The notes under the pieces are model-generated. The model was not told the DNA's origin. It was given only the letters and a program-made list of their open reading frames with translations, and searched no databases. Source: an uncultured Gammaproteobacteria bacterium (lineage in GTDB: Bacteria; Pseudomonadota; Gammaproteobacteria; UBA9214). Taken from it: a DNA stretch of 64,000 nt. The stretch covers positions 115,493 to 179,492 of the forward strand of contig CAVYZN010000023.1 of the NCBI GenBank assembly GCA_963773065.1, in the 5' to 3' direction. A program made the translations under genes and the position numbers. Of the stretch, positions 63,919 to 64,000 are shown piece after piece; within the stretch, counting starts at the first letter, position 1, and every line of letters starts with the position of its first letter.

Positions 63919-64000
63919 CGGAAAAGACGGTATCTACATTTCTGACAGACGCCGACCCGCCACCGGATATGCTCACGGCGGAGCGCAGCGACCGGAAAGC

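Larger units (their letters stand above)
62704..63935 (+). mobile_element. Complete IS110-family (IS621-like) element
   Basis: CT core at 62704-62705 and 63934-63935, no TIRs, long non-coding left end. Confidence 0.92.

Overview
GC-rich gammaproteobacterial chromosome segment, probably from an unpolished long-read assembly, because many conserved genes carry single-base frameshifts. 1-21 kb is housekeeping: ftsH, rlmE, greA, carAB, dapB, hrcA-grpE-dnaK-dnaJ, nadK, recN, fur, bamE, ratAB, a sodium transporter and smpB. 21-40.5 kb is an accessory envelope/signalling block: MlaC-like, Mut7-C, LolA-like plus an MMPL-cNMP exporter, DUF928, a CHASE2 cyclase, a Cys-rich secreted protein, TpsA/TpsB and a signal-peptide TPR-CHAT protease. 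41-45 kb holds htpX, lon and ssrA. 45-64 kb is defence/mobile-rich: type I RM with an embedded Phd-VapC pair, a Mesh1-like hydrolase, a RelE-like/SF1 helicase/ankyrin fusion, moaDE, DUF4145, an FRG gene split by IS200, ISL3 and RAYT remnants, and a decayed HigBA. It ends with a complete IS110 element inserted in a GTAG-type REP, whose non-coding left end contains guide segments matching both its target site and its own donor junction (a bridge RNA). All family assignments come from motif recognition by eye; no searches were run.
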